From the NCBI GenBank assembly GCA_013239625.1, contig MU054400.1, forward strand, positions 3,665,032-3,716,325: a stretch of 51,294 nucleotides of DNA, read 5' to 3'. The notes under the pieces are model-generated. The model did no database searches, had not been told where the DNA came from, and worked only from the letters and a program-made list of their open reading frames with translations. The DNA is from Lama guanicoe (taxonomy: Eukaryota). Shown here piece by piece: positions 1-12,406 of the stretch (position 1 is its first letter; each line of letters starts with the position of its first letter). The position numbers and the translations under genes are program-made.

Positions 1-39
1 CGGAGCCTGTTAGACAAATGGTTGTTAGAAATAAGTTAA

Positions 40-262
40 CACTTACATTTACTACCTTCAGGTGTGGGTCTCAGCTCATGTTAATTCAATCCTCACAACA
101 AATCCTTGCAGGATGGGTAAATTAATATCCCCATTTTATAGATGAAGAAACTGAGGAACAGAGAGGTTAGAAAACTTCCAGAGGTTTCATAGCTAGTAAG
201 TGGCAAAGCTGGAATTTGTAAACAGACAGCCTGACTCCAGAGCCCATGCCCTAAACACTATG
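40..262 (-). mobile_element. MIR SINE (ancient)
   Basis: Reverse-complement MIR core: aatcctcacaacaa...atccccattttatagatgaagaaactgaggaacagagaggttag...agctagtaagtggcaaagctggaattt...ctgactccagagccc. Confidence 0.9.
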
Positions 263-513
263 GTGGTGTCTTTGCAGGATTCCGCAGCCTAACGTTAGAT
301 TTTGTTTTGATGAAAGCAAGATACAGTAGCCCTTTCAGGTTCGTTCTGTATTAACTAAAAGACGTATGATGGTGTTCATGTTTTTAAATTGCCTTTATTT
401 TAATAAAATCTCAACACTTATATTGTACCCAGTTCCTATTAGTATCTATAAATCAGGATATTTTGACTATGAATTTTATGTTTTGATAGCTTTACGTTGC
501 TCATTGTGTTTAG

Positions 514-594
514 GTCAGCAGAATTTTAAAGGTTGCCAAACCCAACTTTGTGGTTATGAAGTTGTTGGCAGGAGGACACAAAAAGGAATCTAAG
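514..594 (+). CDS. NAA35: NAA35 (NatC auxiliary subunit, MAK10) penultimate coding exon, [27 protein letters not shown]
   Basis: ttTAG acceptor 511-513, AAG|GTAAGT donor at 595, 81 nt phase 0/0; peptide matches the recalled NAA35 C-terminus; NAA35-GOLM1 adjacency matches known mammalian synteny. Confidence 0.95.
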
Positions 595-1049
595 GTAAGT
601 ATCTTGTGCGGAAAATACATGGTCTTAAATTATTGTAAAACTTCACTTTGTTTCAGTCAGATGTGTAAATATTACAGAAAAGTTAAAACGCTTATAAAAA
701 CTATTCTAAACAAGGTTCAACTGCAGAAAATAGAGCTCGCCACTTTGCCTTGAAATGTACAGATTTTGTTGACTTAAAATCTCTGAAGTCTGCCCTTCCA
801 TGTAGGTTACTGAATGACTGGAGGTAATAAAAGAAATGTGTAAAAAAAAAATTTATGGGTGAAGTATTTAGAAAGCCACCTGCTTTTAGAAAAGTGAATG
901 CTTCAATAATTAAAGACGTAAGTGGCTCAGGAGATGGGAGACTGTGTAAGCTCCCCTTGGCAGCGTTGCTGCATCAGCGTGGTGCAGAAGTGAGAGGCCG
1001 GCCACTGAGGCATTTTTGGTGCCATTTGCCCATTTTTGCCCATCTTATA

Positions 1050-1450
1050 GGTACCTGTTTACTCCCCATTGCTTTTCTGTTCCTTTGCTCCCTCAATCTC
1101 CGGCTCTGCTTTACCAGTGACTCATTTCATTGCTCCGGAGTATCAGCAACCCTGGAATTAAAACAAAATTCCTGACCCCTGACCCCTTCCTGTAATTTAA
1201 GTCCATTTTCCTTTGTTAACTATTCTTGGAAGATAGAAAACTACCGGTCAGCATGTTTCCTAATGCCCGTCATAAATCTAGAGCTAAGCTAATCATCTTC
1301 CCCTCCAGGTTAGTGCCTGACTTAACATTTTTGTCATTAAACCAATTTTTTAATCTTTTTTGCTACCTTGTCTCTAAAAACATGAGAAGCTCTAAAATTA
1401 AAGTAGTCTCTGTTCTGTTTACTGTCAGAATACGTGTCAGGTATACTGAT
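1050..1450 (+). mobile_element. Degenerate L2 LINE fragments in the last NAA35 intron
   Basis: Weak resemblance to L2 (ctccctcaatctccggctctgc, aatcatcttcccctcc, gtctctgttctgtttactg). Confidence 0.35.
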
Positions 1451-1468
1451 TGACTGTTTTCTTTGCAG

Positions 1469-1528
1469 GTTCCTCCTGAATTTGATTTCTCTGCTCACAA
1501 ATACTTTCCTGTTGTGAAACTTGTTTGA
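1469..1528 (+). CDS. NAA35: NAA35 terminal coding exon, VPPEFDFSAHKYFPVVKLV*
   Basis: Polypyrimidine tract plus CAG 1466-1468; TGA 1526-1528; conserved NAA35/Mak10 C-terminal motif. Confidence 0.95.
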   Translation, partial: VPPEFDFSAHKYFPVVKLV

Positions 1529-1865
1529 GAGACTGAAAAGGTGACCAAAGGGGTGGGATCTACTTTCAGATTCTACTCTTAGAGGATCTGTCCATCAGTC
1601 TTACCACATGACGTGAGGTGAAATGGCTTTCTTGGATAACAGCCCATTATAAGGAATACTTTTAATTTGACAGCCTTATATGACATGAATGAAAACTGCT
1701 GTTTTAAAGTGGTTTATTATGTTCCATGGATGAAACTGGTCTTATTGAGTGCATTGATGAACGTTATATGGTTTTATTACAGATTTAATCATAAATCATT
1801 TTTTATGAATGATTTGAGTGAAAATAGTGTTTGTAAAGGTTAATAAATTTCTTGACAAAAAATGC
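1529..1865 (+). other. NAA35: NAA35 3' UTR (proximal poly(A) form)
   Basis: AT-rich sequence after the stop, ending just after AATAAA; exact cleavage site inferred. Confidence 0.7.
1842..1847 (+). terminator. Polyadenylation signal AATAAA of NAA35
   Basis: First AATAAA seen downstream of the NAA35 stop. Confidence 0.75.
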
Positions 1866-3299
1866 AGTACTGGAGATGAAAACCAATAGCACTTTGAACT
1901 ACTCAAATCTTAACATGTACCAACAAACACAAATTATCCAAAAGTTTCAGATCAAGGGCTTTTTGGCAAAATACATTTAAAAGAGATTGTAGTAGGGGGC
2001 TTCTCGGCTATATAGGGAGACTGATTTTGTGTTAAGGTGTCTTAAATTATGTATCAGAATAGATTTTTTTTAAAAATCCTTTACCTGTTAATTTTGGTAC
2101 TTTAAAAAGATATTTGCTAGTGACATTATTCAAAAGGTAAGAATGTGTAGATTGTTCATTTTTAGGGTTACATTTAAACTTGGCATACTGCTTTTTATTA
2201 CTTCATATTCAGTTTAACCCATGAAAACATTCTCAAATGGGGTCTTTCCAGTATCCTCTGGCTTAAATTCACCTGCAAGTGCCAGCACCCCCTTCCCGCC
2301 CCCCGTCTTCCTTTGCTGCCAATTCCTTTCTGCTCTGCTGTCCTGGCTCCTGCCTCCGTGGCTCTGGGGCTCCCCTTCTGCCCTCCACAGGGGGAGCTAC
2401 ACTGTGCCTTAAACTGACTTCTGGCTTGGCTTAAAACTAGGTAGGAACAGTTTGATATTTGCTCTATCCTTAAAGGGGTTCTGGGTTTCAAATGTCTTAA
2501 CTCTGATTTGACACCTTTCTTGCAAATGTGAGACTGAACCTTGACTTCTGGCTCACCTGAGTGAGGCCTGCCTGCTGCAGTAGAGCTGGCTGCAGAGCAA
2601 GGGCTTTCCTGACTCCTTTCTTCTCAGCTGTTGAAGCAGACTCTCTACCTAGAATGGTGACACGTGTATCAGCCAGGAACAGCCATTAGGCATCCTGAAA
2701 TTTCAGAACCCAGAAATCTTTATTAAAAAAAGAAGAAGAAAAGTAGCCTGTACAACAGAAACTTGAGCTACGAAGAGACAGATGGATCGGTTGTTACCTA
2801 TTCTGTTATTAGTTTGTTGAGAAGGAAGACAGCATTGTTTCAGGCTGGTAATTTCTGAAAGTTACAAACAAAAGAGACAGACGGTTGGAAATAGGCAATA
2901 GAAGAAAGAATCAAAAGAAACAACGAGGCTAACAGACAGCAAGGTCTGGCACACAGCCGAGCCTGAGGCAAACCAGAAGACTCAGACTAAGAGGCCTTGT
3001 TAACCTGCTGTCTGATGAGGTCCCCTGCCATCAGTGAGAGCCACTGAGGCGGCTCGGGCTCACCGAAGAGCGCCTTAGGCCATTTTTTTCAGGAGTGGGT
3101 CTTCCTAAGTTAACTATCAACTGAAAGCAAGATAGTGTAATATTACTGACAGAACCAGGTGTTTTCCTTTAAGTAGCTTTAGTATTTTTTTTTTAACTGT
3201 AGGTTTCTAATCTGAAAAGCAGAAAGATTTTTTAAAAGTTCTAAAAAAGCAACTATCATTCAAGGTGCTAAAAAATGATGGAAAAAAGACTGATTTTAC

Positions 3300-3890
3300 A
3301 GCTTTATGACTGCAGAAGAGCAAAGGAGATTTAGCAGGAAAATAATGCAGGGCCACATACAGCGAAGAGGCCTAGGATAAGGACGAAAATGGGCCCACTG
3401 GATTTGACAGAGGTTCCTGGAGCAATAATGAGGACTGCCTGGAAGAGGTGGGGCAGAATCAGGAGAGCAGGCCGAGGTGTTAGTGAGGAGGGTGAAGTAA
3501 GGGAGACAGAGTCACTGTGAAGCACTGATTTCCCCACATTCATACTTGCCCCATCCTATTCTTAGAGGAGCTGATCAGATCATAAAAGATTCACTGTTCT
3601 CTGGTTAGTTACACAGTCTTCACCCAAGAACGAGGGGTTCCGTCCTCCCCTTGGCTTCTCAAGCTGCAGCCTCACTGCTTTGCCTCTGACCACCAAGCCC
3701 TTCAGGTTTCAGCTGAAATGTTACATCTACAGAAAAGGCTCCTCCCTCTCCTGGTTTAGGCCATACCCTTAAAAAGTGCTTAGCATTTTCAGTTGTGATT
3801 TAAGTAATTAGTTGTTTCTATCTTCCCAACAATAGTATAAACTTGAGAAAAAGGCCTTCATCTTTCCAGAACCTGCTCGCTCAACTAATG
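3300..3890. mobile_element. Degenerate L2 fragments (- at ~3300-3530, + 3' end at ~3660-3890)
   Basis: cccactggatttgacagagg...gagggtgaagtaagggagacag; cccttcaggtttcagctgaaatgttacatct...tagtataaacttgag. Confidence 0.45.
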
Positions 3891-6369
3891 GGATGGGAAA
3901 GACTCATCTGGAAAACTGAACAGAGAAGGTACAACAAGGCCTCTAAGGCAGCAGAAGGCTCCCTTTAACAGAAGGGACACTAGAAGTGCAGAAGAATTGA
4001 AAGTAGGAACCGGAGGTGGCAAGCTGGAGTCTGGTAGCCTTGCCCGTAAACAGTTTGCTTCAGCTGATGAAATTGGTTTGAAAATACTTGACAAATCAAC
4101 CAATCTAAGCACAAATTGGTATATCACATACTTCTAAATCTAAGGAGAGTAAGGAACCAGAACTGGTTGCTTTTGCAATAAGGAACCATAAAATACAATT
4201 TGGAATGACAGTATTCAGTCATCATCCTGCAGCTGCCAAGAGTGTTTTTCAAATTTGCTTATGAAGAGATGAAACGACCTAAGATCTCACAGCAGACCAC
4301 CTGTGCGTTCACTTACACGGCTAAGCTTTTGTTCAGTAGTCCTGCTAACCCCACCTTCTATCCCCTTCCATTTAAAAGAGAATGTGTCAGCTTTTGGTGG
4401 GTCACATAAAGTTATTATGCAAACGCTGAATTTCTCAACTACTGCAAACCTGCAGCCTTTTGTTTTGATCACGGATATATTATCTGCTGACTTCTAGAAT
4501 AACTTCTGAATGAGCACATCTCAAAACACCAGAGCAAGGACACGACTATGCCAAGGTTGTCCTTTACAGGGAGAAAACTGGCAACTGCAGACTGCTGGCT
4601 AAGGCCACAGAACTGCTCTTCTGACTGATACTCAGATGGTAAAGACTGATAACGTAGCAGCTTTTCGGGCTGAGTTAGAACAGAGGTGAAGGTTTTTAGT
4701 TCTGGATCAAGGCAGACATGATACGTCACATGGGAGGTCCCACCATCATCTCACTACAGCTCTGAGAGAGACAAACTAGTACACAGCGCACTGTAACATC
4801 AGGAGCTTCCCATGGACTGACTTACCTCTTAAGCCTTGAGTTTTCATCCTAATTCCCATGTGTCAGCATTCATTCTAAAAAGGCATTTGTTCGTCAAAAT
4901 CCGTTCATAAAGGTTCTGAAAGGCAAAACTTCAGTTACATGAAAAATTAAGTTTATCTAGGACCACATCTCTGATCAGTCACAATCATTTATTTAGACTT
5001 CAGTCAGATATTTACCAGGTAGCCCTCACAGTATTAGACTCTCTGTAGGGGTATGAAGTGTGAGCACGGTAGGGCCTGTGTCTACTTTAGAACATATAAA
5101 TTTCTTCTAAGGAATAATGATAAAAAACCAAGCATTTGTCTCAGTTAGGGCCAGGGCCTTGGTTCATAAAAAGTCATTATCTTAAGTTTATATATAGTTT
5201 ACAGATGAGAATGTTTCAGGTCATATAACTTTTCCCAGAGACGTGTTTCGCAGGCACACCAACAAAGATTAAAAAAAAAACAAACTAAACTGTTTCTAAT
5301 GCCTGTGAAGATACCTACGTTGAGTAATCCTTCAGTGTATATACATTATCAGAATCTCACAGACCAGTTGTTCAGCAACAGTGGCTTAGCACACTTTTAA
5401 GTGTTGCCTTCTTAGTTAAATAGTATACAAACATCCAAATATGCAACATGAGCCATTTCCCTAACTTTCTAACATTAAGGAACATTTTCAAAAGCTAAGC
5501 TACATGAAAAAAATGTTAGTATAACCCAGTTAATGGAAACTTAAAATACACGTTTGTCGTCAAACTCATTTCAATGACAAGTGTTAAAGTTGGTTGAGTG
5601 TACTATAAACTTATTATTTATAATAATCTTTTAGGCCAAAACACATAGTGGGAATAGACCAATTTCCCCTGGACCTTAAAGGACCCTGAAATCACAATTC
5701 CATCATTCCAAGTTCTATGAATAGATAAATACCTATTACCAGTTAAAAGAAGCATGCTAGTTATCAAGCTGGTTATTCGATGATAGCATACTGAGTTAAC
5801 AGGTAATGGTTTATTTCTCAAATTACATCACAAAATTATATTCTGTGTAGTGATTAGATTATTCATGGAATCTAATCCGAGGGTTGCTTAGGGAATCTTC
5901 ATCTGCAGACCTACCTGCAGGAAAAAAAGATCAAATGAACCATCACTCTCATCTGCACAGCACTTGAGAGTACAGGAGGGTGTGAATCAAACAGTTCATA
6001 CCTGTTAAAAACTGGAACAGACGCTGACTTACTTTTGGATGAACCCAGAAGACCAAGGTCAGGGGTCTGATACCTATTTGATGCTTATCACACAGGTTTT
6101 TGTTTTGCTTTTTGAATAACCATGACACCTCTAAATTGTTGCCTTGGAAGAGGTTACCTGTGATCCCAAGGGAAGCCTGCGGTAATAAAGCGTGACTGCT
6201 TGAAGAAATAGCTCAAAGTACACACCTCCTGAACAAATGGCCTTCTGGTGCCTCTGCACAGGAAGATGAAATTATTATTTCTATTTATACTGGCATCCCA
6301 TCTCATTCCACAGAAAGTTTAATAAGGCAAACCACCGTCCTAAATCCACAGTTAAAAGCTGATTAAGGA

Positions 6370-7976
6370 TCCAGAACTAGCAAAGAGTATTTTATTTCTC
6401 AGCTACTCTCGGCACACTGATTAAACAGGAGGTGAATCAAGGCCAACAAGCAAGAGAGACTGTCACCCCTAAGACCAGGACACAAGGCAGGTTGGACAAA
6501 GACTGGGATACACACCTCATAAAGCTACTTCCTTCTTCAGTTGCCTTTTCTGGATGGGAAGTTTAATCTTATTGATTGGGTAAAGGAATATCATACAGCA
6601 TTCACGGTGGAGATCTTAACCTGAACGCAAGCCAGGTCCTGCCTTCAGCGACTGCCGGGGGCCCTGAGAGTCCACAGCTGGGTGTGAGGCCGGGCACTCC
6701 AGCTCCCGGGCTGGCTGGGCCCCCGTCCCCTCTGTTAGACGAGAGGGTTGTATCAAATGACCTGAGGCCCCTGCATCTCAAATCCTGACTTGAGATGTTT
6801 TACTGTGAGCATCACCACCCTCTTACCCTTCAGAGAGCCTCACTGAAAGTCATCGGCGTGGCTGCCGGTCATTCACCAGGCTGGCCAAAGCCTGTCACCT
6901 TAAATATTAAGAACCAACTTAAGTCAGACCCGATGTCACTGCTATCAGTGTAAATTAGGTTTACTTGTGAGTTGATTTACATTAACTTTTGATTTTAAAT
7001 CAGTTTCGTGCTAGTCCTTGAGCACAAGCTAAATGTGTAAACACAGAAACAACTGCTGCATTTCTCTTGCCTTTCTAAACTCCCCCAGTCTGTCTGCTGT
7101 CTCTCCTTCACCATCAGCCTTCTCCCCTTTCTCCCACGAGTGCAGGAGGCCGCTCGCCCACAACAGACAGGCCCTGGGCGCGGGGCCGGCGTCCCCTCTG
7201 CTGTGGCCCCTGTCGTGTCAAAGGGCTGACTGGCACGCGGCTCCTCCTGGCTTGACTTAGCACAGAGGATTCAGCTCTGCCCGCAGAGCAAGGCAGAGCA
7301 AGGACAGATCACAGGTGTTCAAGTTACAGGTCACTTACAAGCACTCTGCACATTAATGACAAGGGCCATTATACAGGCAGTCTTTTTAAAGATTCTCGCA
7401 CAGAACACCTTTGTGTTTGGACGCTTTTAACACCATTGAAAGTGATGTCTGTGTTCACAGTCAGCGCTCTGAGCTGCTGTCTGTCAGAACTAGGAGTGAG
7501 CACAGGAGGATAAACCAAAACCATTCAGTGCCGGCAGGAAAGAGCGGAAGTCACGGGCTGGTCCCCGTCGCCCAGCTCAGCACCAGGAGCGTGACTCCAG
7601 GGCAAACTGAGGAAGAGGCGCTGTCAGCGCGGTGGGCCTCCTTCACGTCGCGGTCCTGCTGCACGGTGGCACGCCACCGTCTGCGCCACACCTGAAGGAC
7701 GGCCTGGGTTCTGTTTTTGGTGTGGATCTTCTCATGAAACACCTATTAGCCAACAAATTTCGACGACTTTGACATCTTAATATAGACGCTTCAAAAGTAC
7801 CCCCAAAACAGTCTCAAAGACGATCTCATTTTCCTACATAGTAAATACACACTAAAACTCCACAACAGTCATCTTTAGATGTTTACTTAGTGCATTTCAC
7901 AGTATTCCGTCCCTCATGAATATTCTGTAGTGATCTCTGTTCAATTCAGAAACAAAGTATGTGATTCCAGTTTGAT
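6370..7976 (-). other. GOLM1: GOLM1 3' UTR (distal end inferred)
   Basis: Repeat-poor sequence following the stop; candidate poly(A) signals AATAAA at 6391-6396 and ATTAAA at 6562-6567 on the - strand. Confidence 0.65.
6391..6396 (-). terminator. Candidate GOLM1 polyadenylation signal AATAAA
   Basis: tttatt on +, about 1.6 kb past the stop; an alternative ATTAAA lies at 6562-6567. Confidence 0.5.
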
Positions 7977-8053
7977 TCAGAGTGTTTGATTCCTCTTTTC
8001 AGGCTGGTCAAGTAAATTTATCGAGTCTCCTTTGTGATTTTCAGCGTTAAGAA
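7977..8053 (-). CDS. GOLM1: GOLM1 terminal coding exon (exon 10), (V)LNAENHKGDSINLLDQPEKRNQTL*
   Basis: T-rich tract plus TAG acceptor 8056-8054; 77 nt, phase 1; TGA 7979-7977; homologous to recalled human ...DTINLLDQREKRNHTL. Confidence 0.95.
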
Positions 8054-8297
8054 CTAAAAAAGGGGGAAAACAAAACAAAAACAAAGTTCTAGTATTAAAG
8101 ATTTTGAGAAACCAGCCCAAGTAGGTCCCATTTGACCTAAGTGTCCAGAAACTGTGTCATCTAGAGAACTGTCTCTCCCCCAGTGACATTATAACATGAA
8201 CTGCAGTCCTAACCAAGGACAGGAGAGCAAGAGGCGTACACGTAGAGCCAACAAGGTGCCACGAAGCGGAGCAAAACCATCCAGAAACCCCACCACT

Positions 8298-8430
8298 GGG
8301 GAGGGTACAGCTCAGTGCAGAGCACATGCTTGCCATGCACAAGGTCCTGGGTTCAGTCCCCAGGACCTTCATTAAAAGTAACCTCATTACCTTCCTGCTC
8401 TAAAAACGGAAAAAAAAAAAACAACCCTGT
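8298..8430 (+). mobile_element. Camelid tRNA-derived SINE (vic-1 type)
   Basis: ggggagggtacagctcagtg A box, gggttcagtccc B box, A-rich tail, flanking aaaccccac direct repeat. Confidence 0.9.
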
Positions 8431-8899
8431 AAAAACCCCACAATTGTTTAAAATCATGAAATAATGCTCCACGTCCTACAAAATGGACAATAGGATATGC
8501 ACTCATAGAATTTTTGATCTGACTCTCGTGTGCTGCATGAGTCTGTTCGTGCACCCTGGAAGCGCACTGCAAGCTGGAACTAACGCCTTTTTCTTCTAAT
8601 TTCCCTGGAGCAAGCGGGGAAACTATCTCAATTACTATCAGTTACACAATTAAACTATCTCAGTGACACATTTTAAAATGACAATGACTTAAAATTCTTT
8701 CTTAAGAGAGCTGACAAAACATTTATCTTCTTTAGTTCGCCTACCTCAATTTGTTTAAAGCCTCAGCAGGTACAAGGTCAAGTCCTCAGAAAGACCCCGG
8801 GTGTAGGGGATGAAGGATCCCATGGCATCACTGTGAAGCCAACACCTAGTAGGATGCTAGACTCACTTAAAAGAATGTGGAAGATGTAATACACTTCTA

Positions 8900-11260
8900 A
8901 TCTGAATTCAAGAAGGAATCAAAAAGGAAAGAAGCATTAAATTCAAAGAGATCTTGGTTGGGATTTTCCAGAGCACCTAGACTTGCCAGATATTAAAAAA
9001 AAAAAGGGGGAAAAAAGCTGTTATACTTTGAGCAACGTGCTACAGTGCAAATCAACAGAGAAACCGATGGAGGAGAAATAGAAAAATCCAAAAATGAGAA
9101 CCAAGTACGTATGTTAATTTAGTGTTTGGTGAAGGCAGCACCTCATATCACTGACTCTGACGGTGATTTGAGGTGGTGCTGGGCCCACTGGAAAGCCCTT
9201 TGGAAAAAGAAAATTGTGCCTGCACCTCGTGCCATACCCTGAATACATCTGAAATGAATCTAATGAATCAAGAGACCTAAATGTTAAATGTGAAAGCAGA
9301 AGAGGATTCTGGAAAGATGGTGAAACACTGCCACAGTTTTTGAATCAGAGTCCCTACATAAAGCAACTAAATTTAAAAACTCAAACTGGAGAACATTTAC
9401 AGCAGAACTAGATGACAAGGAGTCCTGCAGACCCCAAAATCCAAGCCGTTACATGAACAGCAGCGTCTGGGAAGAAACCAGAGGGAAGCAATGGAGCATC
9501 GGATGGAGCTGAGGACAGCAGGGACCCTGCCCGCCACAGGCTGACCCCTGCCCCGAGCCCCCGGGCGGGTGGGAGAGTCGCTGCTGTCCTCAGAGCAGGT
9601 GGCCCCAGTGTCCACGGTAAGACTAAGGGGCCGGGGGAGGCCCGTGAACCTCTGAAACTGGCCACCAGGGCTCCTCTCTGGGTCCTTCCCAGGTGGAGCC
9701 CCTCAGAGAGAAGTGCTGTGTGGACTGGAGCCGTGGCTGAGCAGGACAGGAGACGACGGAAGCTGGAGGTTCAGACACAAGTGGGGAGGGCCCCCCGGCC
9801 CAAGGCCATGCGACAACGTGAACATCAGAAACGATAATAAATGCAACTGAGTGAAACCCGTCAAAAAGGCTTAAATCCTTCAGTTTATATTTTTAAATGG
9901 TCGCCTTCAGAAGATGAGAGGAAATAATTCCTTACTGGGAAAACTGGGAAATAGAGAGAAAGCAGCATTCACCCTGTCTGTGCCGTATGAGCACCACTGA
10001 CTTGTCTATAAAACGAGCAACTGACTCAGAACCCCACCCCTGGGTATGGGCTGCAACCTGACCTGCAGGGAACGCAGGAAAGAAGGACACAGGTAAAGTG
10101 CGCCGGGACAACACAGCCAGCACCATCCAGACTGCAGGGGATCCCAGGTCTAACGGCCCTGGCTCTTTAACAGACTGAAAAAAAAAAAAGAAAAGAAAAG
10201 AAAGGATGGAGGGGGAGCCTGCATATTGAGAGACTTAAAGACATACCAGATTTAATAAAACGGGCATCTGATAAGACTAAACTCTGGTGTCGGGGATGCC
10301 CATTTGGATGATAAACCCATAAAGAAATCCAAGAAAATGCCAACTAGAAAGGTCAGGGTAGATGTTTCTGCTGCAGGGAGGGAAGGTGCTGGGATGGGAC
10401 AGGCGACAGAAAAGGGGCCCCTGCAGGGCTGGCCAAGTTCTAGCTTTTGACCAGGGAAGGGGGCAGCGGGCAGTTACAAGGTGTCCGCCTTCCAATAATT
10501 CCTTTGTGTTATGTGGTTTTCTGGATGTTTTACTTCATAACAGGACCAAAAGGAAAACATGAAAGCATACTGAACAAAAACATAGGTGAATTCCTTTCAA
10601 CTGTAGATGGGAAAACTGTGACTCCATATCCAGAGGCCATAAAAGACATACAAACTTTTAAAACTTTCACAAGGCAAAAGACAAGCAAAACCAAGACAGA
10701 CTGCTAGAAAGTACTTGTCACTTACATCACAGATAAAGCCAATCTCCCTAGCATCTAAAGAGTTCTTAAAAATGGAGAAAGTACCAAGAATCTGATAGAA
10801 AAAGTGAATTTTAAAAAAGGAAACCTTGAGTCCATGGTGATACTAAAACAACAAGCAAGAGGGCGTGTGCGTGCACGCGAGCACACGCACACAACGCAGG
10901 TCCACGGGGCTGGGGGTGCTCCTTAAAGAATGGCCGCTGATAAATACGAAGAGTGACCATTTAAACAACCGTTTTCAATGGATAGCAAAGCCACACCATT
11001 TCAAAGCATCCCCCTCTAGATGACGAATTAGCTACAAAGGGAATCTGGGCCTTCGCCATGGAGAGAACACCTCGATCAGCCTGCCACCGAGTGCCTTCTG
11101 GTGTGAAGCTAGAGGAACAGACCGCAGCTGTTAACAGTGCTCAACCTGAATCCAGTCACAAGGGGATAGACGACTCCAGAATCTGATCATCACACTGGCC
11201 TGGACTTTTCAAAAATTCTAAATAATAAAAATACAAAGGGCTACTATAAAAAATTGCCTG
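8900..11260 (+). mobile_element. Patchwork of ancient L1M (L1MC/ME-like) fragments
   Basis: ORF2-like remnants at ~8930-9300 and ~10550-10820, a 5'-end-like aagatgg segment at ~9305 and 3' UTR-like pieces; subfamilies not resolvable by eye. Confidence 0.55.
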
Positions 11261-11608
11261 GAAGCTCGGTGCACATATCAAGGCTTTTTAAGTGGTGCTG
11301 TGGAGTGATGAAGCGGTGACCTACCATTTTGTTGGGAAATCCCTACTCGTCACTGACAAATCCTCACCGATTCCTGAGGGCCTGAGCCCACATTGCACAC
11401 GCGGACTTCCTGAAAGGTCTCACCATGGCCCTCCCTCCACCCTTCACCTCCACCGCCCCTCTCCAAGGCTTCTCAAGAGCAGAGTCTTCAAATGATGGAT
11501 GATTCACAGTATCATTGTAGGGATTCAGTGCATGGGCACTCCAAAAGAAAAGGACCAGAAAGCAGAAATAAAAGGTGGCCCCAGCCCCACCCCACCTCCC
11601 GTAATTAC

Positions 11609-11722
11609 CGTTTCTGTTTTTGTCATTCCCCACGAGGGCCGCCTGCTTGTCTGTCTCAGATTCTGCCTCATTTTCATCCATGTTGTACTCATCATCTGAT
11701 CCCAGCTTTTGCTGCTTTCTCC
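11609..11722 (-). CDS. GOLM1: GOLM1 exon 9, (G)RKQQKLGSDDEYNMDENEAESETDKQAALVGNDKNRN
   Basis: TTTTACAG acceptor, G|GTAATT donor, 114 nt phase 1/1; conserved acidic YNMDENEAESETDKQAAL motif. Confidence 0.97.
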
Positions 11723-12261
11723 CTGTAAAATGAGCACAGAGCCTTGAAACTGAAGCTCCATCACCTGTCAATGCCGTGGGAACATGTGAGCCCAGGTGCG
11801 GGGTTACCCCAATCCTGGTTTAACAAGCAGATCCGTTTGCTTCCTCTCAGGAAATGACAGGGACTCACGCACTTGCTTCCAGTGCAGATACCCTGCGGGA
11901 GTCCTCCCTCTGTGTGCTCCCCACTCCAACCCTGAATCTATGTAAAACAGGGCCCTAAATAAAGGGCTACGTTCCAGACTGGAAATGGGGTACACTAGCT
12001 AACCAGATCAGAATCCTAGGTTTTTACAGAGACAATCAACTCAAGGTTAAAGGAAGGCACCACTGTTTTTGGAAACAGGTTTCTGGTTAATGACAGCATC
12101 TCCTTAGAATGGCTCATAGCTCTAAGAGAAGGAAATGGAGTGGCTATTGTGAAAGAGGATAAAGGTTTCCATCACACATAGGAATTAGATCATTCATCAC
12201 TGCATTCATTCCTGGAAAGAACAGCAACCAGAAAAGACCAGTGCATTCAAGAAACATTCAT

Positions 12262-12406
12262 GGGGGGGAGGGTAGAGCTCAGTGGTAGAGTGTGCTCACC
12301 GTGCACAAGGTCCTGGGTTCAATCCCCAGTAGGTCCGTTAAAAAATATAAATAAAAGAAAGAAAAACAATTATCTCCCCTCCAAAAAAATTTTTTTAAAG
12401 AAAAAA
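12262..12406 (+). mobile_element. vic-1-type SINE
   Basis: ggggagggtagagctcagtggtagag...gggttcaatccccagt, A tail, attcat direct repeat on both sides. Confidence 0.9.

Noticed and set aside
8298..8375. tRNA-like sequences with A and B boxes (here and at the other vic-1 copies)
   Set aside because: Diverged, with shared non-tRNA tails, poly(A) and TSDs: SINEs, not tRNA genes.
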